From the IMG/VR virus record IMGVR_UViG_3300017766_003758, positions 1 to 49,858 of that record: a stretch of DNA of 49,858 bases; one strand, written 5' to 3'. Both the position numbers and the translations under genes were made by a program. This document shows positions 8,924 to 17,583 of the stretch, piece after piece. Below the pieces are notes generated by a model, which worked only from the letters and a program-made list of their open reading frames with translations, made no database searches and had not been told where the DNA came from. Positions within the stretch are counted from its first letter, which is position 1. Each line of letters opens with the position of its first letter. This stretch comes from a virus (lineage: Duplodnaviria > Caudoviricetes).

Positions 8924-9357
8924 GTTTGATTGACAGCATCCTCGATCGCGAGGGCGGCTACGTCAACAACCCAGCTGACCGCGGCGGCCCGACGAACTAC
9001 GGCATCACCCAAGCCACGCTCTCCGCGTGGCGTGGGTGGCCGGCGTCGATCTCCGACGTGCAGAACCTGAAGCGACAGGAGGCCGTCGAGATCTACGAGG
9101 CCAAGTACGTCGCGCCCTTCGAGCGGTTCGCCGGGGCACAGAAATTGCTGGACCTGATAGTGGACAGCGCGGTCCAGCACGGCACCAAGCGCGTCCAGGG
9201 CTGGATAGACGCGATCCAATCGAGTGATCCCGACGTGGTGTACAAGCGCCTGCTCCGGCGGCGCATTGAGTTCTACGGGGAGATCATCACCAACAACCCC
9301 TCCCAAGCGACGTTCGCCAAGGGGTGGATGCGCAGGATCGCCGAATTCGTGCGATGA
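8920..9357 (+). CDS. Endolysin, glycoside hydrolase family 108 with C-terminal peptidoglycan-binding motif
   Basis: EGGYVNNPADRGGPTNYGIT catalytic motif; C-terminal FAKGWMRR. Confidence 0.93.
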   Translation: MSLIDSILDREGGYVNNPADRGGPTNYGITQATLSAWRGWPASISDVQNLKRQEAVEIYEAKYVAPFERFAGAQKLLDLIVDSAVQHGTKRVQGWIDAIQSSDPDVVYKRLLRRRIEFYGEIITNNPSQATFAKGWMRRIAEFVR

Positions 9358-10079
9358 AAACCATCGTATGCGTCCTGAAGTCCGGGGTGTTCAAGCCGTG
9401 GGCTGAAAAGGAATACACCACGGGGTACGAGCCCCGGCACGTGCAGTGGCTGCGGGACCAGTTCGCCGCGCAGATGCCGGTGCCGCACCGCTTCGTGTGC
9501 ATGAGCGATCTGGACATCCCCGGTGTCGAAGTGATCCCGCTGCAGGACAACCTCCCCGGCTGGTGGAGCAAGCTGGAGATATTCCGCGAGTTTCAAAGCG
9601 CGGCCTACGTGGATCTCGACACGGTGGTCATTGGCGACGTATCGCCGATGCTGTTCACCGGGCACGACTTCCTGATCTCGGCGCACATGACGCGCCGGCA
9701 CGGGGTCAACTCGAGCATCATGTCGTGGAACTCTGACTGCCGGTTTATCTACGACACGTTCAGGGCGGCCCCGCTGCGTTACATGAAGGAGTTCACGTTC
9801 TCCCACAAGTGGGGCGACCAGGATTTCATCAATGAAACGATCCTCGCGCGCTCGAAGACCCCGATCGCCAAATTCCAACACTACTTCCCGAAGTTCGCGC
9901 TGAGCTACAAATATGACATCCGCGACCGCGGGCTGCCCACGAAGTGGAGCGCTCGGCGCCGCCTGCGTCTGGACAAGAACTGGCTCAGCGAGCCCCACAT
10001 CGTCGCCTTCCACGGCAAGCCGAAGCCCGAGGCCGTGCAAGATGACCACATATGGATACCCAAACTATGCGCCGTCTGA
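9354..10079 (+). CDS. Glycosyltransferase (GT-A, GT8-like phage family)
   Basis: VCVLKSG, FVCMSD, GWWSKLEIF, DxD (YVDLDTV), NSSIMSW, GDQDFI, FHGKPKP. Confidence 0.85.
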   Translation: MKTIVCVLKSGVFKPWAEKEYTTGYEPRHVQWLRDQFAAQMPVPHRFVCMSDLDIPGVEVIPLQDNLPGWWSKLEIFREFQSAAYVDLDTVVIGDVSPMLFTGHDFLISAHMTRRHGVNSSIMSWNSDCRFIYDTFRAAPLRYMKEFTFSHKWGDQDFINETILARSKTPIAKFQHYFPKFALSYKYDIRDRGLPTKWSARRRLRLDKNWLSEPHIVAFHGKPKPEAVQDDHIWIPKLCAV

Positions 10080-10810
10080 TCTTCCAGGTTGCCGTCGGCG
10101 AGGTGCCGTGGTTTTACCACCCGTGCATGAACTCGGCCCAGCGCTACGCTGACCGGATCGGGGCCCACTACCTGCGCCTGACTGAGCCGATGCTGCGCAT
10201 CGTGCCGAAGAAGTCCCAGCGCTCCGAGAACGCCCTGCGCCTCGGCTACCTGCCGATCTTCGAGAAAGAGCACGGCTTTTCGTACCTCGGCGAGTACGAT
10301 CAGGTCTGCATCCTGGATGCCGACGTGTACGTGCGCGAGACCGCGCCGGACATCTTCCCGTTGGCCGAGGTCTTCGACTTCGCTGGGGTGGTGGAGCAGG
10401 ATCTGCCTCTGCAGGAGAAATACGAGCGCAAGGTGCGCAACTATGCCGCCGACCAGTACGGCGACAAGAACCGTCGATTCTACAACATGGGGGTCACGGT
10501 CTGGAGCGCCAATGTGCTGACCTACCTCAACGGGCAGACGCCGAAGCAGTTCATCGAGCGCCCCGAGTTCGAGCCTTATGTCAACGGTGAGGGCAAGTAC
10601 CGCTGGAGCACCGACCAGACGCTGCTGAACACCTGGGTGGCATCGGAGAACATGCACCAGCGCCAGCTCGATTGGCGGTGGAATTGCATGTACGATTACG
10701 TGGTGCCGACCGCGCTGCACCTGAATCCGTACTTCGTCCATTTCGCGCTGGCCTCGAAGATGCCACGCGGGGGCGCCGAGATCCCCGACATCATCGCGGG
10801 GCTGGCGTGA
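10052..10810 (+). CDS. Glycosyltransferase (GT8/GT34-like); alternative start 10067
   Basis: ILDADVYV (DxD), YNMGV, DQTLLN, WN, VHF motifs. Confidence 0.82.
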   Translation: MDTQTMRRLIFQVAVGEVPWFYHPCMNSAQRYADRIGAHYLRLTEPMLRIVPKKSQRSENALRLGYLPIFEKEHGFSYLGEYDQVCILDADVYVRETAPDIFPLAEVFDFAGVVEQDLPLQEKYERKVRNYAADQYGDKNRRFYNMGVTVWSANVLTYLNGQTPKQFIERPEFEPYVNGEGKYRWSTDQTLLNTWVASENMHQRQLDWRWNCMYDYVVPTALHLNPYFVHFALASKMPRGGAEIPDIIAGLA

Positions 10811-11490
10811 ACGCCTACGTCATTTACATCCCCGGCAACTCATACTCCGAGGAATGCGCCGAGCGCTGCGTCAAGAGCGGAGCCGCATACGGCGTTGACG
10901 TACAGCGCTTCGGCGGGGTGACGCAGGACGAGGCGCAGGACCTGCTGGACGAAATGGGGCTCATCTGGAGCTGGCCTTGGTCGGGCAGCAGCAAGTGCGC
11001 CCGCACGGGGCTGGTTCGAACAGCCTACCGGACCAAGAACATGGGCGCCCGCATCGGGTGCTCGTTGAGCCACTTCCTGCTGTGGCGGCTGTGCCAGATC
11101 GAAGGCGCACCAATCATCATCCTCGAGCACGACGCGGTGTTCATCAACCCGCTGCCAGAGCTGATGCCAACCTTCGGTGCTGTGATGCTGAACGACCCCA
11201 AGGGCGCCACCCCGCGCGGGGATTGGTGGAGTAATCACATCGCCGAGCGAGGACCCGGGGTGTGGCCCAAGACAGCGGTGTTTGCCGACGGCCGCCCCGA
11301 TGGCCTGGCTGGCAACTCGGCCTACGTCATTTCCCCCGAGGCGGCAGCACGGTGCATGCAGCTGTACCATGACAACGGCGTCTGGCCGAACGACGCCACG
11401 CTGTGCCGCCAGCTGGTGCCGGATCTCATGGAGGTGTACCCCTTCGTGACCGAGGCACGGCAGACACAATCAACGAGTGGAGGCTACTGA
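10807..11490 (+). CDS. Glycosyltransferase family 25-like
   Basis: AYVI, GCSLSHFLLW, IILEHDA, GNSAYVISPEAA motifs; GTGA overlap. Confidence 0.85.
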   Translation: MNAYVIYIPGNSYSEECAERCVKSGAAYGVDVQRFGGVTQDEAQDLLDEMGLIWSWPWSGSSKCARTGLVRTAYRTKNMGARIGCSLSHFLLWRLCQIEGAPIIILEHDAVFINPLPELMPTFGAVMLNDPKGATPRGDWWSNHIAERGPGVWPKTAVFADGRPDGLAGNSAYVISPEAAARCMQLYHDNGVWPNDATLCRQLVPDLMEVYPFVTEARQTQSTSGGY

Positions 11491-12038
11491 TGCACCCCGA
11501 TTCCATGCGGCTGATGGCGGCCATGAAGGCCAAACACCTCGGCTACCTCTATGACCGTGTGACACAGGTAATCTGTGACGACGGCGGCCTGGCCAGCAAC
11601 CCGGCCAAGAGCTACCGCCACGTGTTCGCCGACATGATCCAGCGCCCGCGGGGTAAGTATGTCACCTATGACATAGTTCCCCACCCCAGCGTGGATGTCG
11701 TGAAGCCGGATCCGTTCACCATCCCTGCCGAGGACGAGAGCTTCGATCTCGTGGTGTCTGGGCAGATGCTAGAGCACTGCCAGAACCCGTTCCGCGCCGT
11801 GGCCGAAATGAAGCGCGTCCTGAAGATGTACTGCTGCCTTGCCATCATTGTCCCGTCGCAAGGGCGGCGGCATGATGCACAGGATGGCTGGCGCTTCATG
11901 GACGATGCGTTCAAGTTCATCAGCGCCGAAGTCGGCGGCTTCCAAACGATCGAAGATTTCATAGACAAGGAAGGCACCGAGGAGGGTCGCGGCAAGCACT
12001 GGCGCGATCACGTGTGGGTAGCCCGGAGAATCGCATGA
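11490..12038 (+). CDS. Class I SAM-dependent methyltransferase (Methyltransf_11-like)
   Basis: DESFDLVVSGQMLEH..NP.....EMKRVLK and H...DGWRF motifs. Confidence 0.85.
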   Translation: MHPDSMRLMAAMKAKHLGYLYDRVTQVICDDGGLASNPAKSYRHVFADMIQRPRGKYVTYDIVPHPSVDVVKPDPFTIPAEDESFDLVVSGQMLEHCQNPFRAVAEMKRVLKMYCCLAIIVPSQGRRHDAQDGWRFMDDAFKFISAEVGGFQTIEDFIDKEGTEEGRGKHWRDHVWVARRIA

Positions 12039-12676
12039 AAGCCTGCATCATCACGTTGTTCGAACTCGCCGACTCCATGGAGGTAGCCGAGCGCGCCTAC
12101 CAGTCGGCGCTCGCCCATGACCTGGCCCCGGAGAAATTCCCCGGCGTGTGGCGCGACGACGCGGCGCACGAGCTGGAGGTGGAAGGGCTGAAGGTGGGCA
12201 AGTTCGACGAAACGTGGTCGAATACCGCCGCGGCGATGGGCAACTTCATTGCCCAGTACCGCATCTGGAAGCTCATTGCCCAGAACGGCCCGGCCATCAT
12301 CATGGAGCATGATGCTGTCGTCGTGGCGCCGATCCCCGATCTCGAGGGTAAGGGCGACATCATCAACCTTGGCAAGCCCAGCTTCGGCAAGCTGCGCAAG
12401 CCGTTGAACCCCGGGTTCTACCCGTTGTTCTCGACAGGGGACAAGATCCCCGGCGCGCATGGGTACTACCTCACCCCGGCCGGGGCGATGGCGCTCATCA
12501 GCATGGCCAAGCGCAAGGGTGCTATCCCGGTGGACAAGTTCATCTGCCCGCAGCGATTCCAGATCGCAGAATACTACCCGTGGCCCATCGAGGCGCATGA
12601 CACGTTCACGACGATACAGAAGACGAAAGGCTGTCTGTCGAAGCACAACTACGGCCCCGAGTACAAAATCCTGTGA
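12035..12676 (+). CDS. Second glycosyltransferase family 25-like
   Basis: GNFIAQYRIW, IIMEHDA, GAHGYYLTPAGA, PVD; parallels the 10807 gene. Confidence 0.8.
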   Translation: MKACIITLFELADSMEVAERAYQSALAHDLAPEKFPGVWRDDAAHELEVEGLKVGKFDETWSNTAAAMGNFIAQYRIWKLIAQNGPAIIMEHDAVVVAPIPDLEGKGDIINLGKPSFGKLRKPLNPGFYPLFSTGDKIPGAHGYYLTPAGAMALISMAKRKGAIPVDKFICPQRFQIAEYYPWPIEAHDTFTTIQKTKGCLSKHNYGPEYKIL

Positions 12677-12846
12677 GCAACAAAAAGCAGCGGATGCAAA
12701 ATGCAAACAACTACCATGCGCTGATGCGCAAGGTGGGCCCGGAACGCCAGTGCGTGAATTGCAAAAAGTGGCACCGGGATGGGGGGCATTTCGTCCCGCC
12801 GTCATTCAGGGAAGAAGGGTTTTTCATCTGTAAGAGCGCGCCATGA
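12673..12846 (+). CDS. 57-aa putative zinc-finger protein (absent from the ORF track)
   Basis: MSNKKQRMQNANNYHALMRKVGPERQCVNCKKWHRDGGHFVPPSFREEGFFICKSAP; GTGA and ATGA overlaps fill the gap exactly; CxxC..H..C. Confidence 0.7.
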   Translation: MSNKKQRMQNANNYHALMRKVGPERQCVNCKKWHRDGGHFVPPSFREEGFFICKSAP

Positions 12847-13913
12847 GCGTGAATCAGCTCGCCGGCAACCTGGTCGGCCAATACAGCGGGCACGTGCTCA
12901 TGGTCGGCGGCGCTCCGAGTGTCCCCGAGGAACTGGAGACGCTGCGCGCCGGGGGCTTCGACTTCGACTGCTGCCTGATAGTATCGGCCAACGAGCACGC
13001 CATTCATGCGGGGTTGAAGCCTCACTATGCCTGTGTCAATGACGACATCCATAGCACGCTGCAGATCCATCAGGAACCTCGCATGCGGGCCCTCATGCCT
13101 ACAACGAAGCTCCTCTCCCGCCACTGGTGGGCGGACTATCGCACGCCGCAGCTGCTGGCCTGCAACTCTGGCCTCAAGGGACTCCTATACTCAGCGCTAC
13201 TGGGAGCAAACCCCGTGGTTGTCATAGGGATCCAGCACTACAGCAATGGGCTGTACTTCCACCCGGACAACAGCCGGAAGAAGAACCCGAACCTGGACCG
13301 CGGGGCGGCCTACTTCGCGAAGCAGACCACCAAGCTGAAGCAGATGCTGCAGGGCGTCCCGGTGCGCCCGGTCAGCGGGCCCCTCACCCAGCTCTGGCCG
13401 AAGTGGGACCCAGCCGAGAAGTTCCTGCCTCGGCAGCTAACTGAGCTGGAGCTCAAGGCCCAGGATGACGCCGCCACCCAGCGGTATGCCTGCACCATTG
13501 CCCCGGCAGTGGCTTTCGAAAGCGCACTGGTGCCCGAGCGCATGCTGTTCGCTGTCACCGAAAGGGAAATGAGAAACATTGCCAATAAGGACACGATCGT
13601 GGACGCCACGGGCTGGGATTGGAACAATGTGGAGGCCGGATTCCTCGACACCCAGGCGGAACGTCGAGCCGAGCACGCCCGGCTTATCAAGATGATCGGG
13701 AAAATCCGCGCGTCTCGCCGGGGGGTACGCCGCGGGGTCGCTGACGCCGACTTGATGCGGCTGATCAAGTGGCTCGAGGCCGGGGATTCGCCGGCCACCG
13801 TCGGCAAACGAATTGGCTTGCCGCCCGAGCAAATCCGGGCGATGGCGTCAATGGCCGGAGTTGACATCACATCGGGGGCTGCGGTAGTGTCGGGCCTGTC
13901 CACTGTAGGATGA
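12843..13913 (+). CDS. Maf/MptE-like (GT29-related) domain protein with C-terminal HTH-like segment
   Basis: VLMVGGAPSV, IVSAN, NSGLKGLLYSALLGANPVVVIGI pattern; tail LEAGDSPATVGKRIGLPPEQIR resembles an HTH. Confidence 0.6.
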   Translation: MSVNQLAGNLVGQYSGHVLMVGGAPSVPEELETLRAGGFDFDCCLIVSANEHAIHAGLKPHYACVNDDIHSTLQIHQEPRMRALMPTTKLLSRHWWADYRTPQLLACNSGLKGLLYSALLGANPVVVIGIQHYSNGLYFHPDNSRKKNPNLDRGAAYFAKQTTKLKQMLQGVPVRPVSGPLTQLWPKWDPAEKFLPRQLTELELKAQDDAATQRYACTIAPAVAFESALVPERMLFAVTEREMRNIANKDTIVDATGWDWNNVEAGFLDTQAERRAEHARLIKMIGKIRASRRGVRRGVADADLMRLIKWLEAGDSPATVGKRIGLPPEQIRAMASMAGVDITSGAAVVSGLSTVG

Positions 13914-14012
13914 TCGCTGCTTCCAGCAGCCACCCGCACAGAGTAAGGGTTCGTGGGCCCCTGAAGTGAGCGGAGAGGTTACGCCTTTCCTTTCATTTTT
14001 CGGAGAACTCTC

Positions 14013-15065
14013 ATGCCTTTCAATGCAGAACAGATTTCCGCCGGTCAGCTGGTCAGCCTTGACCACTACCTGCGCAATCGCCCGCCGGTTGACCAGATCA
14101 ACACGGCCCACCCCCTCTACAAGAAGATGGCCGCGTCCAAGAAGAATTGGGACGGCTCGCTTCAGTACGTTGTCGAGCAGCTGCGCAAGTCGAACGATTC
14201 GAACTTCCAGCCGTACTTCGGTGACAGCGAACTGACGTTCAACCGCAAGCGCACGATCGACCAGGCGAAGTTCACCTGGGGCAACGTGTTCGACGGCTTC
14301 GCGCTGAACGAAGACGAGCTGCGCCAGAACGGCATCAAGATCGTTGCGGATCGCGCCCCGACGGCGACCGAGAACGAAATGATCCAGCTGACCAACCTGC
14401 TGGACGAGAACAACGCCACTCTGGTGACGGGTTTCGAGGAGAACCTGGATTTCGCGCTGCACCGCTCGAACGCTGCGGATCCGCTGCTGCCCCCGGGCCT
14501 CGATCACCTGATCTCGCTTGACCCGGCTGCCCAGACGAACGTCGGCACGATCAACCCGACCACCAGCACGTGGTGGAGGAACTACGCTGCCCCGAACGTC
14601 AACCCGGACGATCTGGTCAACGAAATGGAAATCGCATGGCGCGAGACGACCCGCTACGGCGGCGCGACTCCGGATGTGATCCTGGTCGGAAGTGACTTCC
14701 TGGACGCGTACCGGCAGCAGGCCGGCATCACGATCAACCGCAACGTGTTCAACGGCGGCAACACCAAGGGTGGTGTCTCGCTGGACGCGTCGGTCACGGA
14801 CACCTACTTCAAGGGTGTTCAGCTGACGTGGGATCCCGTGATGGACACGCTGGATGCGCTGGACAGCCCGGCCATCCCGTGGGCCAAGCGTTGCTACTTC
14901 ATCAACACGAAGACGGTCAGCCTCCGGCCGATCGAGGGTTCGTGGATGGTGAAGCGTCAGCCCCCGATGGTGTACAACCGTTTCGTGCACTACTTCGGCC
15001 TGACCTCGAGCTACGCCATGACCACCAACAAGCGCCGCGCCAACGCGGTTCTGTCGATCTACTAA
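14013..15065 (+). CDS. Major capsid protein
   Basis: 350 aa, GGAG RBS, strong codon bias, PPGL..L and CYFINT motifs typical of podoviral capsids; followed by a hairpin. Confidence 0.85.
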   Translation: MPFNAEQISAGQLVSLDHYLRNRPPVDQINTAHPLYKKMAASKKNWDGSLQYVVEQLRKSNDSNFQPYFGDSELTFNRKRTIDQAKFTWGNVFDGFALNEDELRQNGIKIVADRAPTATENEMIQLTNLLDENNATLVTGFEENLDFALHRSNAADPLLPPGLDHLISLDPAAQTNVGTINPTTSTWWRNYAAPNVNPDDLVNEMEIAWRETTRYGGATPDVILVGSDFLDAYRQQAGITINRNVFNGGNTKGGVSLDASVTDTYFKGVQLTWDPVMDTLDALDSPAIPWAKRCYFINTKTVSLRPIEGSWMVKRQPPMVYNRFVHYFGLTSSYAMTTNKRRANAVLSIY

Positions 15066-15071
15066 GCGAAA

Positions 15072-15094
15072 GGCCCCGGGCGACCCCCGGGGCC
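15072..15094 (+). terminator. GC hairpin after the capsid gene (weak terminator or mRNA stabiliser)
   Basis: GGCCCCGGG-5 nt-CCCGGGGCC; no clear U tract. Confidence 0.45.
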
Positions 15095-15118
15095 CTAGCT
15101 CTACCAGGAGTTACGAAC

Positions 15119-15364
15119 ATGCGAGCACTTCAGATCAGCAACACGGCCACCGACCTGTCCCTTCAGGACGTGCCGTTCCTGTCCAACTACGACTGCGTGG
15201 TGGTCGGGGCCGCGGGCCTCGTCATCCAGGGGTCCGAGGACGAGGCGTTCACTTCCCCGGTCACACTGGCAACCCTGACCTCATCGCTGGCCCAGTCCAT
15301 TTCGTTGGACTACCAGTACATCCGGGTCAGCACGGCTGCCAATGCGGCTCTCATCGGCAATTAA
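15119..15364 (+). CDS. Small virion protein, possible capsid decoration
   Basis: AGGAG RBS, directly after capsid gene, beta-rich 81 aa. Confidence 0.65.
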   Translation: MRALQISNTATDLSLQDVPFLSNYDCVVVGAAGLVIQGSEDEAFTSPVTLATLTSSLAQSISLDYQYIRVSTAANAALIGN

Positions 15365-15373
15365 GGAGTTCCA

Positions 15374-15727
15374 ATGCAGTTCCGAAAAGTCAACATTCTG
15401 CGTGACGAGACGACTTCGATTCTCTCCCTGGTGGCGGACTGGGAAGTCCCACTGCTCGAAGCCATTCATGGCGAGGAGCGGCTGTCCATCGGGGAGCTTG
15501 TCGAAGCCCAGGGGCGTGAGTGGCCAACGGATGCCCGCGGGGAGTTCCAACGGCTGGGCGCGCTCTACGGTGTCACTGGCTCGGGCGACAACGCGCTGTC
15601 CTTCGTGGAACGTGTGTACGGCGCTGGCTCGATCGGGGTCAAGAATCTCGAGAGGGCCATGGCCGAAGCTCGAGGTGGCAAGCGGAAGCAGAAGGGCTCT
15701 GAGGAACTGATCGGCGCCTTCGGCTGA
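15374..15727 (+). CDS. Hypothetical protein (117 aa)
   Basis: AAGGAG RBS, head-module position. Confidence 0.75.
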   Translation: MQFRKVNILRDETTSILSLVADWEVPLLEAIHGEERLSIGELVEAQGREWPTDARGEFQRLGALYGVTGSGDNALSFVERVYGAGSIGVKNLERAMAEARGGKRKQKGSEELIGAFG

Positions 15728-15763
15728 TACAGGGTTGGACATTGGATGTGCGTGAGCACGGAT

Positions 15764-15794
15764 AGTGGCCCGCTTCGTGCGGGCCATTGTTTTT
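15764..15794 (+). terminator. Rho-independent terminator
   Basis: AGTGGCCCGC-TTCGT-GCGGGCCATT followed by GTTTTT. Confidence 0.7.
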
Positions 15795-15804
15795 GGAGGA
15801 TGCG

Positions 15805-17583
15805 ATGGCTCTAGTTGAACTGGTAGAAGCAGCACAGGTCGTGGATGTGGACCCGACCGGGACCGCGGACGCTCGCTCGTTCACTATGGACATAGACCTT
15901 GCTCCGGGCACAAACCGCGCCATTATCCTGTGGGGCACTGTCAAACGCGGCCAACCCGCCGGCGAAGGCGTTTCGCTTGAGGCCCCAACCAGCGTCACGT
16001 TTGGCGCCTTGTCTGCGCAGTTGCAGACCCAGTATTTTGGGGCGGCCACGGGCGGCAGCACCGTAGCGTTCTATGGGTACCTGGCGCTTTGCCCGATACC
16101 GGATGAGCTGACAGGGGTTATCGCCTGCGAAGTCCTGCTCGGCGGAGCTGGCATTCGGGCGCACGCGTTCTACGCCACGGTGGCTGTGAATGTAGACCCA
16201 GAGGCGAGCATCAGCACCCTCACATGGGATGTGAACACCGACGGCAATGCCACGACGCTCAACGTCAATTCCGAGGCAGCAGAGTCGGCCGAGGACATGA
16301 TTCTCGCCGTGGGCTTCGCCGCGGCCCTAGCAGTGGGGTTCACGCTGCCGTGGCAATTCGATCCGGCGTTGACCATCGTCTACGAGCAGTTCTACGCCGC
16401 GGGCGACGACTCAGACGCCCCGACTACCGATTCCCGCGCTTGGGTAGAAACTCGGCAGATAACCGGCGTGACGGGCGTACAGGCATTCTCGCTGATTGGG
16501 AACGAATTCACTCCTGGGGACCTGTTCACCGAGTCGTGGGGGTTGACGAGCTTCCGGCTCCCGGCTAGTACCGAGCCTACGCCCGACGAGGAAGAAACCA
16601 TCAACTTCAATTGCGAGTGCGAGGATGTCAACGACAACCTGACGCTGGCCGAATACCGCCAGCGGATGCTGGTGCGTGCCGGCTTCGCCGCGGTGGCGAG
16701 CAACCCGCCCCCGGGCGTCGCCGAGTTGTTCAACACGTTCCTGCAGGATTCCCAAGAGTTCATCTACCGCAAGTACCCAGCCCTGCGCACGCGGCGGTTC
16801 TTCCGCTGGCGCATGGAGGAAGGCGTGCGGTTCTACGGGATGCAGGAGAACGACGAGAACTGGACCGACGCGACGGTAACGCTCGCGGCTGCGGATCCCG
16901 GCACCGTCACCTTCACCGGGGATGCGCCTCCTGACGATCGGCAAATTGCGTTCAAGCCGATAACCGGTAGCTCCCTGCCGCCGGAGATCACTGCCTACCA
17001 GCGGTACTACGTAGTCGGCTCAACGGGCTCGGTGTGCAACATCGCTGAAACCCTGGGCGGCACCGCCATAGAGTTCACCGATGGCATGTCGGCAACCGCG
17101 ACGTACTCCCCGGGTGTCGTGTGCATCTTCAACATGGAGCCTTACAAGAACATCGATGGTGCCTACATCGAAGACGTGAACGGCACGTGGCTGCCGCTGG
17201 CGTCCCCGATCCCGCCGACGTTCTACACGACCGTCAGCCAGTACGGGATGCCGGTACGCTACGAGATCCGCCAGTGCATCGAGGTGTTCCCGGCGCCTAG
17301 CAGCAACGATTGGAAGCTGTGGATCAAGGGGCACTTCGGCCTGAAGCAGTTCACGGCGGACACCGACAAGCCGACGATCGACGGCCATCTGGTGTACCTG
17401 TTCGCGCTGGCCAACTGCCTTGACTACTACGGCAAGCCCAGCGCGGGCGGCGTAATGGCCCAGGCCCGCGAGTACCTTGGCGAACTGGTAGCGGGCACGC
17501 ACGGCAGCAAGCGCTACGTTCCCGGCACCTCGCCGCTGCCCCCGGCTGTCATGCCGGTCCTGCTGCCGCTGCCGGGTGAATGA
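15805..17583 (+). CDS. Head-tail adaptor (tail tubular A-like) with N-terminal extension and internal insertion
   Basis: GGAGG RBS before ATG 15805; C-terminal half has the adaptor pattern TLAEYRQRML, FLQDSQ, P.RY, IEVFPAP, D.PTID..LV...ALA. Confidence 0.65.
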   Translation: MALVELVEAAQVVDVDPTGTADARSFTMDIDLAPGTNRAIILWGTVKRGQPAGEGVSLEAPTSVTFGALSAQLQTQYFGAATGGSTVAFYGYLALCPIPDELTGVIACEVLLGGAGIRAHAFYATVAVNVDPEASISTLTWDVNTDGNATTLNVNSEAAESAEDMILAVGFAAALAVGFTLPWQFDPALTIVYEQFYAAGDDSDAPTTDSRAWVETRQITGVTGVQAFSLIGNEFTPGDLFTESWGLTSFRLPASTEPTPDEEETINFNCECEDVNDNLTLAEYRQRMLVRAGFAAVASNPPPGVAELFNTFLQDSQEFIYRKYPALRTRRFFRWRMEEGVRFYGMQENDENWTDATVTLAAADPGTVTFTGDAPPDDRQIAFKPITGSSLPPEITAYQRYYVVGSTGSVCNIAETLGGTAIEFTDGMSATATYSPGVVCIFNMEPYKNIDGAYIEDVNGTWLPLASPIPPTFYTTVSQYGMPVRYEIRQCIEVFPAPSSNDWKLWIKGHFGLKQFTADTDKPTIDGHLVYLFALANCLDYYGKPSAGGVMAQAREYLGELVAGTHGSKRYVPGTSPLPPAVMPVLLPLPGE

